From assembly GCA_905331295.1 (NCBI GenBank), contig CAJNYD010000546.1:62001-113911 (forward strand): a stretch of 51,911 bases of DNA, written 5' to 3'. A program made the position numbers and the translations under genes. The DNA is from Rotaria socialis (taxonomy: Eukaryota). The notes beneath the pieces were generated by a model, which saw nothing but the letters and a program-made list of their open reading frames with translations, was not told the DNA's origin and made no database searches. Numbering within the stretch: position 1 is the stretch's first letter; the number at the start of each line of letters is the position of its first letter. Positions 28,802-41,523 of the stretch are shown here, piece after piece.

Positions 28802-31428
28802 GATTTCTTAGTTCTTTTTTTTACAACTATAGTAATAAGAAAAAGAAAAGAAGATCGTCGATAGTCGTTTTACTAGTAAATGAGGAATCTACGGAGATTC
28901 TAGACACATATATATATATATATATATATATAAATTTTTTCTCTCTAGTCGCTCTTTTTTTCCTCTCGGAAAAGACGAGAAAACAGCCCAGACGAACTAG
29001 AAGAAAAAGCAGAAGAAGAAGAAGAAGGAGAAGAAGAAGGAGAAGGAGAAAAAGAAGAAGGGGACGAAGAAGAAAACTCAGTCTCAACGAAACAAAACCG
29101 TGATGGATACGTGAGGTACAATGTTGGGAAAAGAGGCTTCGCCTTGAACGTTGAACGAACAGAACGACTGAAAGAACTAAAGAGAAATCTCATATATCTA
29201 TTACATATTAGAATTGTCCCCTTGCGATAGTTGTTTTTGAGATTGCTAATTGCATCTATTTCATAATTTGATGTATTTTCGAATATATTAGATGTCATCA
29301 TTAATGAAATAAAGTCAACAAAATAAGAAGAATCGTTCTTACCTCGCTTGAATAGTTTCCATTGCACATCACTCTCGCTAAATTTAGTCATACTTGAACC
29401 TCTATGCAAGTGAATAGTTTTATCTCATAAATCTGATTGCTCGTGATATGACTCTTGACTTGAGACAAAACTGATAAAATACTCATATATATATATATAT
29501 ATAAAGTTGAATTGAAATCTGATAAGGGTAATTTGAAAGCAGTGTAGTGTAATATGCTAAAGAATAATGTCATTCTCGATATTACAATTAATGCCAAGAA
29601 CAGTTCACCGATAGAGAAGTTCTAGATAAGAGAGCTCACCGGGGATTTAGCGGAATTGGCTCAGTTTGTGACTCAGCCAAACACGAAAGCTTGAAACACG
29701 CGTGTATCTACGAGTAAAACACGACATATAAGTGTGCGATTTGTTTTCATTTGATAAAAATCAATACGCAGAAAATAATCGAGTATGTGTAGACTGAGAA
29801 TTTTTCAAAAAATTGTAAGTAGACATACATTGAACTGATCTTCAGCACGAGTGAATAGACAAAATTAAATACGTATGGACTGCAGGATTAATTTTTGATT
29901 AATTCTTTCATAAATTTTCTACCTTGAATCAGTGTAAACCACATTTTAAAAAAATCCGTAAGGAAATGCAAGAACATCTCATGAATAAATGAATCCATTT
30001 TTTGAGAGACCTTCAGAAGAAAAAGTCATCCGAACAGACCGTTACCAGCATAGTGCAGTGACACACAACTTTACTAAACTTTGAAGTATTTCTTAGAAAC
30101 ACTTTTTTTTAAACAATCGACATTCATGTAGAAGAAGAAATATTTTGTACATGAATTATCTCTTGTTAGACACCTTGAGTCTTCGTTTTGAATAATTTTG
30201 GCTTCACGATATTTTACATTAAATTCAAATTTAAAGAGCCCATCTTGTTTCAATATAGTTTCATGGCAGCTCAAGAGCCAATACTATTTAACTCGGATCA
30301 GAACGGATGCTTCCCATAGAAAAACGGAAGTCACCGCGTGTTGAAAGTTCGAATATTGAAAGTTCATTAGAAACTAATTATTACTCACTGATTCAATATC
30401 TATGAGTAACAATTAGTGCATCGTTTCGTTTCCAACATATACTCTCAATCCTACTAAGATCATGTATTCCAGTTGCTACTGATCAAATCATTCATGGCAA
30501 TTTTTCACTGATGAACTAATGATGGATTTCAACAAATTTTTCGTTGACGTACAGTCGGTTAATATGGAAAAGGAATATACGTAAATGAATTGAGATAGTG
30601 TTTCTTAGTTCTTTTGAAATCTGAGGAAAAATAATTAGCTCGAAAGAAATAAATCATATGGGGCTATGAATAAGTTCGACCATCTTTTTCTATGATGATT
30701 GTGTAACCTGAAGACAGAATAGTTGTATTTTTCGTCAATCGATATTGCTTGTCTTGTACTAATTACTATCTTTCGAACGCATGTCAACATGAATTAATTT
30801 CATAGATTTAAGGAAGCGTCTAGGACTGAAAAGAGGAGGTTAATATATACGTTCGCATCCACACCCTCTTCAAATGAATGAGCTAACTAGCTGAATTCGA
30901 ATTTTTAAACAATATTTTATCGACTTTTCAATAATGTTTTATTAATTGCCCACAATAGTTTTTACCAGGATTCAAAATAGTTCATCCTCAATCACCCCTA
31001 CCTGCTTGTATAAACGCTCTCAAGTGGAAATGCAGCTATAGAAGTTGCTGCAGTATTGAGTAGTACTCCGGTTGAAAATTTGTAAATTGGTTATTCATGC
31101 AAAAAAAACACGAATTCCTTGTTTTCTCTCTCCATTACTTATTCACTCGATGTAAGTGAACAACTAACGCTTCGTTGCTTTCGAAGCTAAAAATAAAATT
31201 TAAGGTAAAATGCTCTCTGCTACAGTTGTCTATGAAAAACAAACGTAACAATATTTTGCACATAATATTACTAAAAGACACGGCTTTCATGCTCCCGATT
31301 CGATCGTTGAGTTTGTAAAATTTATTTATCAGGAATCAGAACGCATATCGCTTTATGCGTTCGCCTGTCATTACATAAATGATTCGATAGAAACCAACTA
31401 ATGAATTACACATTCTAACTTCACAACT

Positions 31429-32070
31429 ATGCATCTCAAAACATTTCTTGTTTTGTTAGTAGTTTCTCTTTTCAGTTTTTTTACTGTAACAAGTGGTAAG
31501 AATGAACATTGGCTCACAATTAACTATAAAATTCCGATTGGAGGACTTCTATGCACAAATCCAGGAAGATAAGGCGGTGAAAAGGTTTGCGATTATTATG
31601 GTAAAATACTTATGTCACTATTCATTGCATTGAAGTCTCATTTTATTTTCAGGTAAATATTGTGGTGAAGCTGTGAGAAATAGTTGATTTATTTTATTTT
31701 TTCTTCAAAAAGAAAAGGACAGAAATTGTGCTGGAGATGGACGTCCAACAAGTAGTTGGAGGCCAGGCACAAAAGTAAACTCTTACAAGTTAGAGTTTAC
31801 TGATTTAAAAAGGATTTTTTCGGATTCGTGACGAATAGATTCCATTCGGTACAGCTATTGCAGAAGGAAATTATTAATCTGATCGGAATGTTTTCACTTT
31901 TGTGGATACTGTAACATCATTTTTTATTGTTAATATTGATAAACANGCCCCACGCTGCGATTTATATAAAATTGTTTTAGTGGCGTGGCCATCGGCTTGG
32001 AGCACGTACTATTCCTTGGAATGGCGAGGGCATTTCCAATTATGGTGATAGTTTCTACGGCATTAACTAA
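31429..32070 (+). pseudogene. Tae2/Dae2-like amidase copy A (pseudogene)
   Basis: Same exon layout as the downstream copies, but with a premature TAA at 31570-31572, the catalytic Cys codon changed to GCT, an inverted insertion in exon 5 and loss of the exon 5 end and most of intron 5. Confidence 0.85.
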
Positions 32071-32341
32071 AAAACGTCAACCTCAAAATAGAGAAAGCGT
32101 TCAATTTTTTTCAAAGCTTTTGTGAGAAAAGCAAAGACCTTCACCTAAATAAATCATTCAGTATCATCGAAGTATTGCGTTGTCTTTTTGCATCGTGTGT
32201 AACTTCAAGCTAAAAAGCTTTCGCGATGAGATTTATGTTGTTTAAATGGTTGTTTATCAATATTAACAATAAAAAATGATGTTACAGTATCCACAAAAGT
32301 GAAAACATTCCGATCAGATTAATAATTTCCTTCTGCAATAG
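31855..32341. repeat. 91-bp inverted duplication (31855-31945 = reverse complement of 32251-32341)
   Basis: ctattgcagaaggaaattatt...aatattgataaaca vs tgtttatcaatatt...aataatttccttctgcaatag; a single N follows the left arm at 31946. Confidence 0.9.
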
Positions 32342-32916
32342 TAGAAAAAGGGCTCCTTGGAAGAACTGATGAATTTCTTCTAGACTTAACATTCAATATC
32401 TATCGTAGTCAAGTGGAAATCTAAGAGCAAGATCATCGAGATTTGCATCAATAATTTATAGATCTTTGAAAAATGCTCCTATTAATGAAATATAACTTAA
32501 TCTCGACCGTCCATACTCTTCTTCTGTGATATACAAAACGGAAATAAGTAAGTATCACTGTTTTAGATGTAAATTTGTAAATTATTTATTCATACAAAAA
32601 AGTGGTCACCTCTTTTCTGTATTCATTACTTATTCATTAAATGTCTATGAATCATTACCGCTTCGTTTCATAGAAAGTCAGCCATTTAATCTACGAAAAC
32701 TGCCCTCTGTTGTCCTCGTTGATCATGCAAATTGTGACAATAGTTTAAGCATGAAATTACAAAAAATAAAAAGCAATAGTTCTTCTTTTTTTAGTCGATA
32801 AATCTTTAGAAATTATTTATCGAAGTTTCGAGAATGAATATTATTGTATTCTGCTTTGATAGTATAAATACATCGAGACCGACGCCGCAACCACTTATTC
32901 ATTGTAATTTCAAATT

Positions 32917-33595
32917 ATGGACATCAATAAATCCCTCGTTTTATTAGTGGTCGCGCTTGTCAGCTTGGTTTCCGTAACAAGCGGTAAGCGTAATTGTACG
33001 AAAATAGACGACTAGATTTTTTTCAACTTTCAGGAATCTCATGTATCAATCCTAGTAAATACAGTAGTCAAACGATTTGCGACCATTTTGGTATGATATC
33101 AATTTTTCTCCCTGTTGTTGAAATACAACTATGCCTGATTTTTAGGTCGAAAATGTGGTGAATGTGTAAGTTTTGTCAAGTAAGCTTTATTTAGATTTAA
33201 TGTAATTTATTTATATCTTGTACTAATGAAAACAGAAAGTGTACTGGTGATGAGCGTAGAACAAATCAATGGAGACAAGGCAGAAAAGTAGACGGAGACA
33301 ACTTAGAATTTATTGATTTTAAGAAGATTTATATAGGTTCGTGACGCATCGATTTCACCTGGTACAGCTATCGCTACATTTCCTGATGGTGCATATTCGG
33401 GCCACGCTGCAATCTATATGAGCCAAGGTCACAATGGTATACATGTTTGGGATCAAGTAAAGTTATTTTATATCGAAATACTTTATTTTTATAAAATTGT
33501 TTTAGTGGTATGGTCATCCAGTTTCACAGCGAATCATTCGTTGGAATGGTCATGGACTTTCAAATAATGGTGACAGCTTCTACGTAGTTGCTTGA
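32917..33595 (+). CDS. Secreted Tae2/BPSL0067-family peptidoglycan amidase (Dae2-like) copy B, 139 aa; exons 32917-32983, 33034-33090, 33146-33179, 33236-33287, 33337-33456, 33506-33595
   Basis: MDINKSLVLLVVALVSLVSVTSGISCINPSKYSSQTICDHFGRKCGECVSFVKKCTGDERRTNQWRQGRKVRDASISPGTAIATFPDGAYSGHAAIYMSQGHNGIHVWDQWYGHPVSQRIIRWNGHGLSNNGDSFYVVA*; signal peptide plus ECV, GTAIATF, HAAIY, DQW and SNNGDSF motifs. Confidence 0.88.
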
Positions 33596-34429
33596 GAAAG
33601 TGTAAGATTATTTTTTAATTCGGAAAAAATAAAATTTCAATCAAACCGATCAACTATATGCAGTCATGAGTGAGTTAAATCTCGATTTCGTGTGATACAT
33701 GAGATCAGACTACAAGAGCAACTACATGACAGTTGTGTTCATACTTCTCTATTCAGAAATTCGAACGCATCTCTTGAATGATTTCTGGAATTCGAAGTTC
33801 AATGAAAACATTTTCATATAGTCTTTATATTAATAAAAGGTAATTATACTAGAGTCTTCGCGAACATTGATGATTTTCATCTAGAGTTAACATTCCATTT
33901 CTATCTCTACTCCGTGGAGAACTGGCTACAAAAGTTCAAAATATTTCATAATATTCCGAACTGCTGAATCATTCATCGAGATTCGAAGCAAATATTTATT
34001 GTCAAACTAGAAAAACAAACGTTAGTATTTTTTGAAACAATAGTTTATAGATCTTTCAACAACGCTCCTGTCGATCAGCTAATACTTATTCTCGACCGTC
34101 TCTATTTCCTTGCACTGACATGAAAAACGGAAATAACCGAGTGTTAATATTTCGGATATAAGCTTGTAAATTGATTATTCATATGAAAAACTGATCCCCT
34201 ATTTTCTCTATTCATTACTTATTCACTAAATTTTCTGGTAAACTGCACTTTGTTGCACTTGTGGATCAAACAAATCACGGCAATGCAAAGCAAGTCTTGA
34301 TTATTTATGGAATGAGAATGTAAAATTTATTTATCGAGGTTTCGAGAATGAATATTATTTATTTTGTTATCGTAATATAAGTATGTCGAGACAAACGAAA
34401 TAATCATTGATATCTTGTAACCTCAAAGT

Positions 34430-35110
34430 ATGCACATCAACACATTTCTCATTTTATTAGCAACCACGTTTTTCGGCCTTATTTCTGTAACAAACGGTAA
34501 GACTGATTATATGATGACAGTTGACTAGACTTTCTTTTAATTTTAGGAATTTCATGTCGTAATCCTGGTGGATACGAAGGCCGAAAGGTTTGCGATCAGT
34601 TTGGTAACATATTCATTTTTTCCTCTTCTTGATGATATACAGTTATTTTTGATTTTCAGGTGGCCAATGTGGTCAATGTGTAAGTTTTGTCAAGTAAGTT
34701 TCATTTAAACTCCATATAATTCAATTCGACCTTTAATAATTAAAACAGAGTGTGCACTGGTGATCAGCGTGCTACATGGCAATGGAAACAAGGAGCAAAG
34801 GTAGAGTGATACAATAGTGAAATCTATTAATTTCTATAAAGATTTATGCAGGTTCGTAACGCACCAATCTCATATGGTACAGGAATCGCCACATTCCGTA
34901 ACGGTCAATATTCTGGCCATGCTGCTATTTATGTTGGTCAAAACAGTAACGGTATTCAAGTTTGGGATCAAGTAAAGTTATTTTATATTGAAATACTTTA
35001 TTTTCATTAAATTATTTTAGTGGGTTGGTCACCTTGTTTCATCGCGAACTATTCGTTGGAATGGCAATGGAATTTCTAACAATGGTGACAGTTTTTATGT
35101 AATTGAATGA
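34430..35110 (+). CDS. Secreted Tae2/BPSL0067-family amidase copy C, 139 aa; exons 34430-34496, 34547-34603, 34660-34693, 34749-34800, 34852-34971, 35021-35110
   Basis: MHINTFLILLATTFFGLISVTNGISCRNPGGYEGRKVCDQFGGQCGQCVSFVKVCTGDQRATWQWKQGAKVRNAPISYGTGIATFRNGQYSGHAAIYVGQNSNGIQVWDQWVGHLVSSRTIRWNGNGISNNGDSFYVIE*; exon lengths identical to copy B (67/57/34/52/120/90). Confidence 0.88.
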
Positions 35111-36313
35111 GAAAACGTTTGATCTTCTTTTAATTCTGAAAAATATAAAAGTTTTAATTAAATAAATACTAAAGAGCCATTGACGTGCTCAATCACCATT
35201 TTCTATGCTGCATACTCCTAGAAGAAAAGCATTCAGTTCAGTGAATGTTTGGTCATACTCATTCGCTTTAGCTTCATTGAATGATGTTTTTAATAATTTA
35301 TGAAAAATATATTAGTTCGATAAGATTTAAAAAATTCGTTGCATTGAATAGAGGAGGCTGATACATGAATGTAAACATTTCCCTGATCGATAAGACAAAA
35401 TATAGACATAATCAATAGCAATGCATAGAAATCCAGATTGATTGGTCACTCTAACAAGAATTACTGAGTTCATTATGACAGATCAAACTCAGTTTAACGA
35501 CTAATATTATTTTGTTCGTATAAAAAATTAATGTGAATATTATCTAATAATTTTTTCAGCGAATATTATGGTAATATTGCTTAAAATGCATGAAACATGA
35601 TAGTTCTTATAACTTGATGTGCGAGAAAAATATGGCCGATAATTATGCTGATATCTTATGTTACACTAGCGATGCAACATTCGATGCTAATAAAAGGATA
35701 TAATTCAAAATGGCATCTAATCACTGTATCCAAAAGAAAACAAACACCTTGCGAAGCAAGATTAATTGAAGTGTTGGATTGGACAATGGACTAGATGTGC
35801 TCATTAGATTAACTTGTAAAGATTGTTTAGGACAAGAGCCAATAAAACTAGGCTTTTGTGTTGTAGGAGCTAGATCTCTATCTAAATAATGAAGACATCC
35901 TGAAGTCAAGGTTTTGACAAAGCTTCTCATTCTTAAAACTAACGCACCAACTAACTTATTTCGAATCCGATGTTTATTTTTTTTTCAAACATCGTGTAAG
36001 TCGTAGAATATTAAAACTTCTGATAGAATTCTGTACATTGATTGATGAAAAGAAATGTATTGACTACGTCTAGATAGATCTCACGCCATTGTACTTAAAA
36101 TTAACTACTAAATTCTATTTTAACGTGTCCCGTGCTGTAGCTGAGAATCGAAGGAATCGTAGTAATATTTTTTGCATGGAATTATCAAAATGAAAAAAAG
36201 ATACATCTTCTCGATTTCGTTGATAAGAATATAAAATTTATTTACCAACGTTTCGAAAATCAATATTTTTGTGCTATGCTATCTTCTTATAAATATGTCG
36301 ATAAAAACAAACC

Positions 36314-36607
36314 GGTGCACAAGAAGATAAATTTTTAAACACGCGTTTAAAGGTAAAAAAAGACGAAAAATTGAGAAAAGCTGGGCGTGTTTGCATGGCA
36401 ATTGGGATTTCCGACTATGAGCGATACCCCCTCCCCGCCTTTCCGCCCTTCTGCTTACAACACGTGCAAATGCAGAAGAAGGAAGAGAAGGGGATGTTTA
36501 CCGTTCATAGTTGGGAATCCAAATTGTCATCCGAACACGCTCAGTTTTTGTCTTTTGTTTCGAACGTTTAAATGCGTGCTCAAAAATGTTTGTCTCCTAG
36601 GGTGACC
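36314..36607. mobile_element. ~290-bp degenerate foldback/MITE-like palindrome immediately upstream of amidase copy D
   Basis: Left ...aaacacgcgtttaaa..gctgggcgtgtttgcatggcaattgggatttccgactatgagcg pairs imperfectly with right cgttcatagttgggaatccaaattgtcatccgaacacgctcagt..tttaaatgcgtgct; absent from the equivalent position in copies A-C. Confidence 0.7.
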
Positions 36608-36628
36608 TATTAGTTCTTACTTTCACAT

Positions 36629-37299
36629 ATGCGCATTAACATCATTGTTGTATTATTGTTGGTTACACTTTTTAGTTTGGTTTCCCTAACAAGCGGTAAC
36701 AATCATTGTTAAATCAAGATAAACAATCCTATTTTTATTCTAGGGATTTCATGTAACAACCCAGAACGATATAGTGGCAGAAATGTTTGTGATCATTCTG
36801 GTAAAATCATCATTTCCCTATTTACTACATACAGTCGTATGCTACTTTTAGGTGACTATTGTGGTGAATGTGTAAGCTTCGTTAAGTAAGTTTTATTGAC
36901 AGCTTCGATAGTTTATTCTGTATTGAATAAAAAAAGAAAATGTACTGGTGATCGCCGCGCAACAAGTCAATGGAGACAAGGAAAAAGAGTAGAGTGACAA
37001 AATATTTAAGCCTTTTAATTTTTATAAATATATGCTCAGGTTCGTACTACACGTGTTCCATATGGTGCAGCTATCGCTACATTTCCCAATGGTAAGTATT
37101 CAGGTCATGCTGCTATCTATATTAGCCAGGACAGCGTTGGTATTCAAGTTTGGGATCAAGTAAATTTATTGAATTTTGAAAATACTTCATGTACAGGAAA
37201 CATTTTTAGTGGCGTGGTCATACTGTTTCAAAAAGAACGATTCGTTGGAATGGCACTGGACTTTCAAATAATGGGGATAGTTTTTATGTCATTAACTAA
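36629..37299 (+). CDS. Secreted Tae2/BPSL0067-family amidase copy D, 139 aa; exons 36629-36695, 36744-36800, 36852-36885, 36937-36988, 37040-37159, 37210-37299
   Basis: MRINIIVVLLLVTLFSLVSLTSGISCNNPERYSGRNVCDHSGDYCGECVSFVKKCTGDRRATSQWRQGKRVRTTRVPYGAAIATFPNGKYSGHAAIYISQDSVGIQVWDQWRGHTVSKRTIRWNGTGLSNNGDSFYVIN*. Confidence 0.87.
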
Positions 37300-37820
37300 G
37301 AAAAATAAACTATTACCTTGTAAACGTGTTTCGTTGTGTTTTTAATTCTCAAAGAAACAAAGCCATTTTAAGCAAATAAATTATATAGTCGTCAGTAACT
37401 TCTACTCTTTTTTGTAAGAAATCTAATCTTCAAAAAAAAATTTTGATCATGGATCAATGGAAATTGTTTTCTATGTATCGATTACTGTTTTATCACTATC
37501 AATTGTCTGTGATTAATTCAATGATATTTATCTATTTTTCAAACTTATGTCGAAATCGAATCATCAGTGATCATGGAATATCTTTTTCACCTCTTATGCA
37601 AATCATCAGAAAGAAAGAAAGCGAGTAATTAAAAAACATTCGAGTATCATCAATGTATTCTCTAGCGACATCTTTTTAGTTAGAACTTACATGGTGCGCG
37701 ATTCTCGTTTAGGAAAAAAAACTTCACTCTATCACCGGAGTATAATCACATCGAAAAGTATTAATACACAATTTTTCTTTGCATCCTAGTATTGACAACG
37801 GAGGACATGTGCTTGGCAAC

Positions 37821-38714
37821 ATGGTATTATCTCAATCACTTTTACAGAACCATTCGGTGCCTTAAATCGCCTCTGAAAAATCTTCAATTTCCATTTCAAT
37901 GGTAAAAAATCATCTATTGTTTTCGATTGGAATCATATCTTCGTTCTTATTTCCATGTAGGCCACAACAACAAATCAAATCAAACGCCCAGCACTTGGTG
38001 GTGGTGCCAAAAAACGATCCACTGGCTCTCGACCTGAATTAACTGAAGAACAAAAAACAGAGATTCGTGAAGCTTTTGATCTATTCGATGCTGATGGCTC
38101 AGGAACAATTGATGTTAAAGAACTTAAAGTTAGTATTAATACGAAATATCTATAGTTATATAACAATTTAATTCAGGTAGCCATGCGAGCACTAGGTTTC
38201 GAACCAAAAAAAGAAGAAATCAAAAAGATGATATCTGATATTCAAAAAGAGAATGCTGGTAAATAAGATAGAAAAAAACATTTTCTAAATAGAAAGGTTA
38301 GAATTTTTTCCTATGTTTAGGTACAATTGACTTTAATGATTTTCTACAATTAATGTCACAAAAAATGGCTGAAAAAGACTCAAAAGAAGAAATACTCAAA
38401 GCATTTCGGTAATTAAGAAAATGAAATTTTCTTCATATAAATCTGCTTTTGTTTTCATAGACTTTTCGATGATGATAATACAGGAAAAATTTCATTCAAA
38501 AATCTAAAGCGAGTTGCAAAAGAATTAGGTGAAAATTTAACTGATGAAGAATTACAAGTAAATCCATTTTTAGAATAATTTTCAATATAATTCATTCGTT
38601 CGTGTTTTTTTTTGTTGCCTGTAGGAAATGATTGATGAAGCAGATCGTGATGGTGATGGTGAAATAAACGAACAAGAATTTTTACGAATCATGAAAAAAA
38701 CATCATTATATTAA
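37821..38714 (+). CDS. CETN2: Centrin (centrin-1/2 type), 175 aa; exons 37821-37823, 37961-38128, 38177-38258, 38321-38408, 38461-38557, 38625-38714
   Basis: [106 protein letters not shown]-only first coding exon. Confidence 0.96.
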
Positions 38715-39111
38715 AAAACATTTCGTTTATCTCTTTCTTTCTTTATACTACGTATAACATTTTTTTTGTCAGGTATTCATTTTATTCCATTTTATAGTGT
38801 CAAAAGAAAACAAAATAATAATGATTCAAATCTTCCACTTATATATATTTGCATATGTTGTTTTTTTTTGGCATGTTTGTATCAGTATTTTATGCCTTAT
38901 ACATATGCATTAATGTGGAACGTAATATTTTCCACCTACATACAAACATAATTTGATATTTTTTTCTCCTCTTCATTATCTAACGTATCGATCATTTGCA
39001 AACAATCAATCACTAGCATATGGAGGAGAATCGGCCAGGTAAGGCGTGCAGATTGATGGTTATTTGACATAATAGCACGAATACTGACAGACGAAATTCT
39101 AGAAGAAGACT

Positions 39112-41523
39112 ATGGGCAATGTAATACATCGATCATTGGCGGAAAGGGATGTCATAAGAAAACGAAAAAATCAACGTAATAATTTAGATTTTTCGCGTGA
39201 ACCTGATGTTGTTGCTACGCAAAATAGCTGTGAAAGTGATGATTGGAAAGGTGATTTTATTGAAAGATATGAAGTATGGAATGAGACATTTGATGAACAA
39301 CCACTGATGAACACCAATGGTAAGATGTTAGTTTGATGAAGGTCATGATCACTAGCGGATTGGCGTGGTTTTATCTAAGTAGATACTGAACTAGAAATAG
39401 TGATATAAAGAAAAGATCTACGATAATCGATCATCATCGTACATTTGACCCAATTTTATTCATTCAAAATAAATATTCTTAATAACGTAATTATTTGTAA
39501 GATGATAGATACTAATAGTTAAAATGATGTCATTTTTCTAGTAATCGAACAGAAGCTTTTTGATTCTGACCTTGGATTGACTATAAAATGAGAAGCAAAT
39601 TGTTGCTAATCATACACAAATGTTTTCCTATTTATTTATCTGTTTTGAGACACATGTCATCGCTATCCTTTGCCTTAATCCTCCATAAATGCAATAAGTA
39701 CATAATACATGTATTATAATGAGACCTTTCTTTTTTTGATATACTGCCTTTATTCGGCTCGGTTTAAAATAACCGAACGATAAAATGTCAAAAGGACGAA
39801 TATGAATATATATGATGAGCAAGGTAAAACATTTATTTTATTCAATAAACTTTGTTTGTCTGGGCTGCGGAATGTATTTGTATTATCTGTAGAGACTCAA
39901 ACTTTCGATATTCTTTCGTTTTACTCGTTGATACATATTTCTATCCTTTGCACTACAATATTGTTTATTGATATTGTTACAAAAACAGTATCAGTTTAGA
40001 CACGAATTCTCTGATGAAGTTCACTTATGATTCGTTTTTTTTTGTAGAAGATCTTTTAACTTAAAATAATAGAAATAATTTTATTGAAATTTATTTCGAT
40101 TAGCTTTGAAAAACGACCGGTCGAATCGGAATAGAATATCGCCAATTTAATCTGCTTTGATCCGAATTTTCGTTGGGATTTCTTACATAGGCTTTATACT
40201 CCCACAACTAAGCAATATATTTGTAAACGAGTATTTTCGAGGCACCATCAAAAGTCTCAAATCATCTGAATTTCACTAAATAGGAGCAGTTTAGTTTCTT
40301 TGAAATTGATGTTTAGATATGATGAAAATTCAGACATAAGAGTATCTACGAACGCATCGACAAAGACGATAGTACTAATTTTGTGAGAAACGAAGCAACG
40401 CCAATAATATGCTCTTCAATTTCTCTTTGTTACCACCCTTTCACAATGATAAGAAACAGTCATGTTCATTTTACTACGGACTTGAATCGTACTGCTCCGT
40501 GTAATGTAATTGAACTGAACATTTTTCTTGATTAAATAATAGCTATTTGTTTTAGAAGATCCACCTGGTGCGCCCAATATGTATTCATCGAACCATTCAA
40601 TTATTCACAATGATTTAGCAAATCAAATATGGAGATTATCTCATCAGGCCAACAATTCCTTTCATCCAATGAATTCACTATCAAGTACATCATCTTATAA
40701 CATTCCATACGTTTCTACTCAAAAGCTTCGTACTGAACTTCCTACAATGATTAGCAATCAATCGCAAAATATGATGTTCAATGAGCGTTTATCGAAAAAA
40801 GAACAATACGCTCTAAAGTCTTTGACAAATACTCAATCTTGTCGTCTATCCAGCAGCACAACTGATGATATGGCCTTGTCAACCAAAAAGATAAAACCTG
40901 TAAGATTATCACATCGCGCACCTGTACCCGAAACAAAAACAGTTGCGTCTAATATATCAATAGGAAAGCCTCCTGTTAAAAAAGCTATTTATCTAAGTAT
41001 AGATCATCGAGCAACGTTAGCAGAACGTTGTCATACAGTCGCTAATGAACAGCATCGTAGAAACCTTGAACATAATTATATGAATGGATTGAATTCATCG
41101 ACAAATAGTTGCCAAACACATCCTTACATAACTCACCAGTATCAAAATGTAAATGATTCCTCTAATATGAACATATACGCCACATCCAATAAATCATTCG
41201 ATATGTTACAAAACAAGTTATCTAATACAAATCATCGCAGAGAACATTCTAGTTCAATAAATAGGTTGGCACAGGATATTGACGAAGCGTCATTGATTCA
41301 TAATGAAATTCCACAATCAAGGCCTAAAAGTGATCGTCGAGCACAATCCTTGGCTAATCGACGAATAAGATCATCGAAAAGTCGTGAAAACCATCAACAT
41401 AATAAGCAAGAGCATTTTGAAACTGTTTCAAATGAATTACATTTACCTAAACAATATTCAATACGTCGCATCGATAACAAAACTTCTAATATATCTACAA
41501 ATCATCGTCAATATCAAACATAA
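39112..41523 (+). CDS. Uncharacterised disordered S/N/H-rich protein; tentative exons 39112-39319 and 40556-41523 (internal exons possible)
   Basis: The 314-aa ORF is preceded by a phase-1 acceptor at 40555, compatible with the phase-1 donor G|gtaag at 39319 of the MGNVIH ORF. Confidence 0.5.

Noticed and set aside
28827..29409. Poly-Leu and poly-Ser ORFs
   Set aside because: Translations of a GAA/GGA purine microsatellite upstream of the Grg1-like gene; no coding signal.
35560..35950. Coding-looking stretch between amidase copies C and D as a possible immunity gene
   Set aside because: No intact frame, signal peptide or Tai-like motif could be reconstructed.
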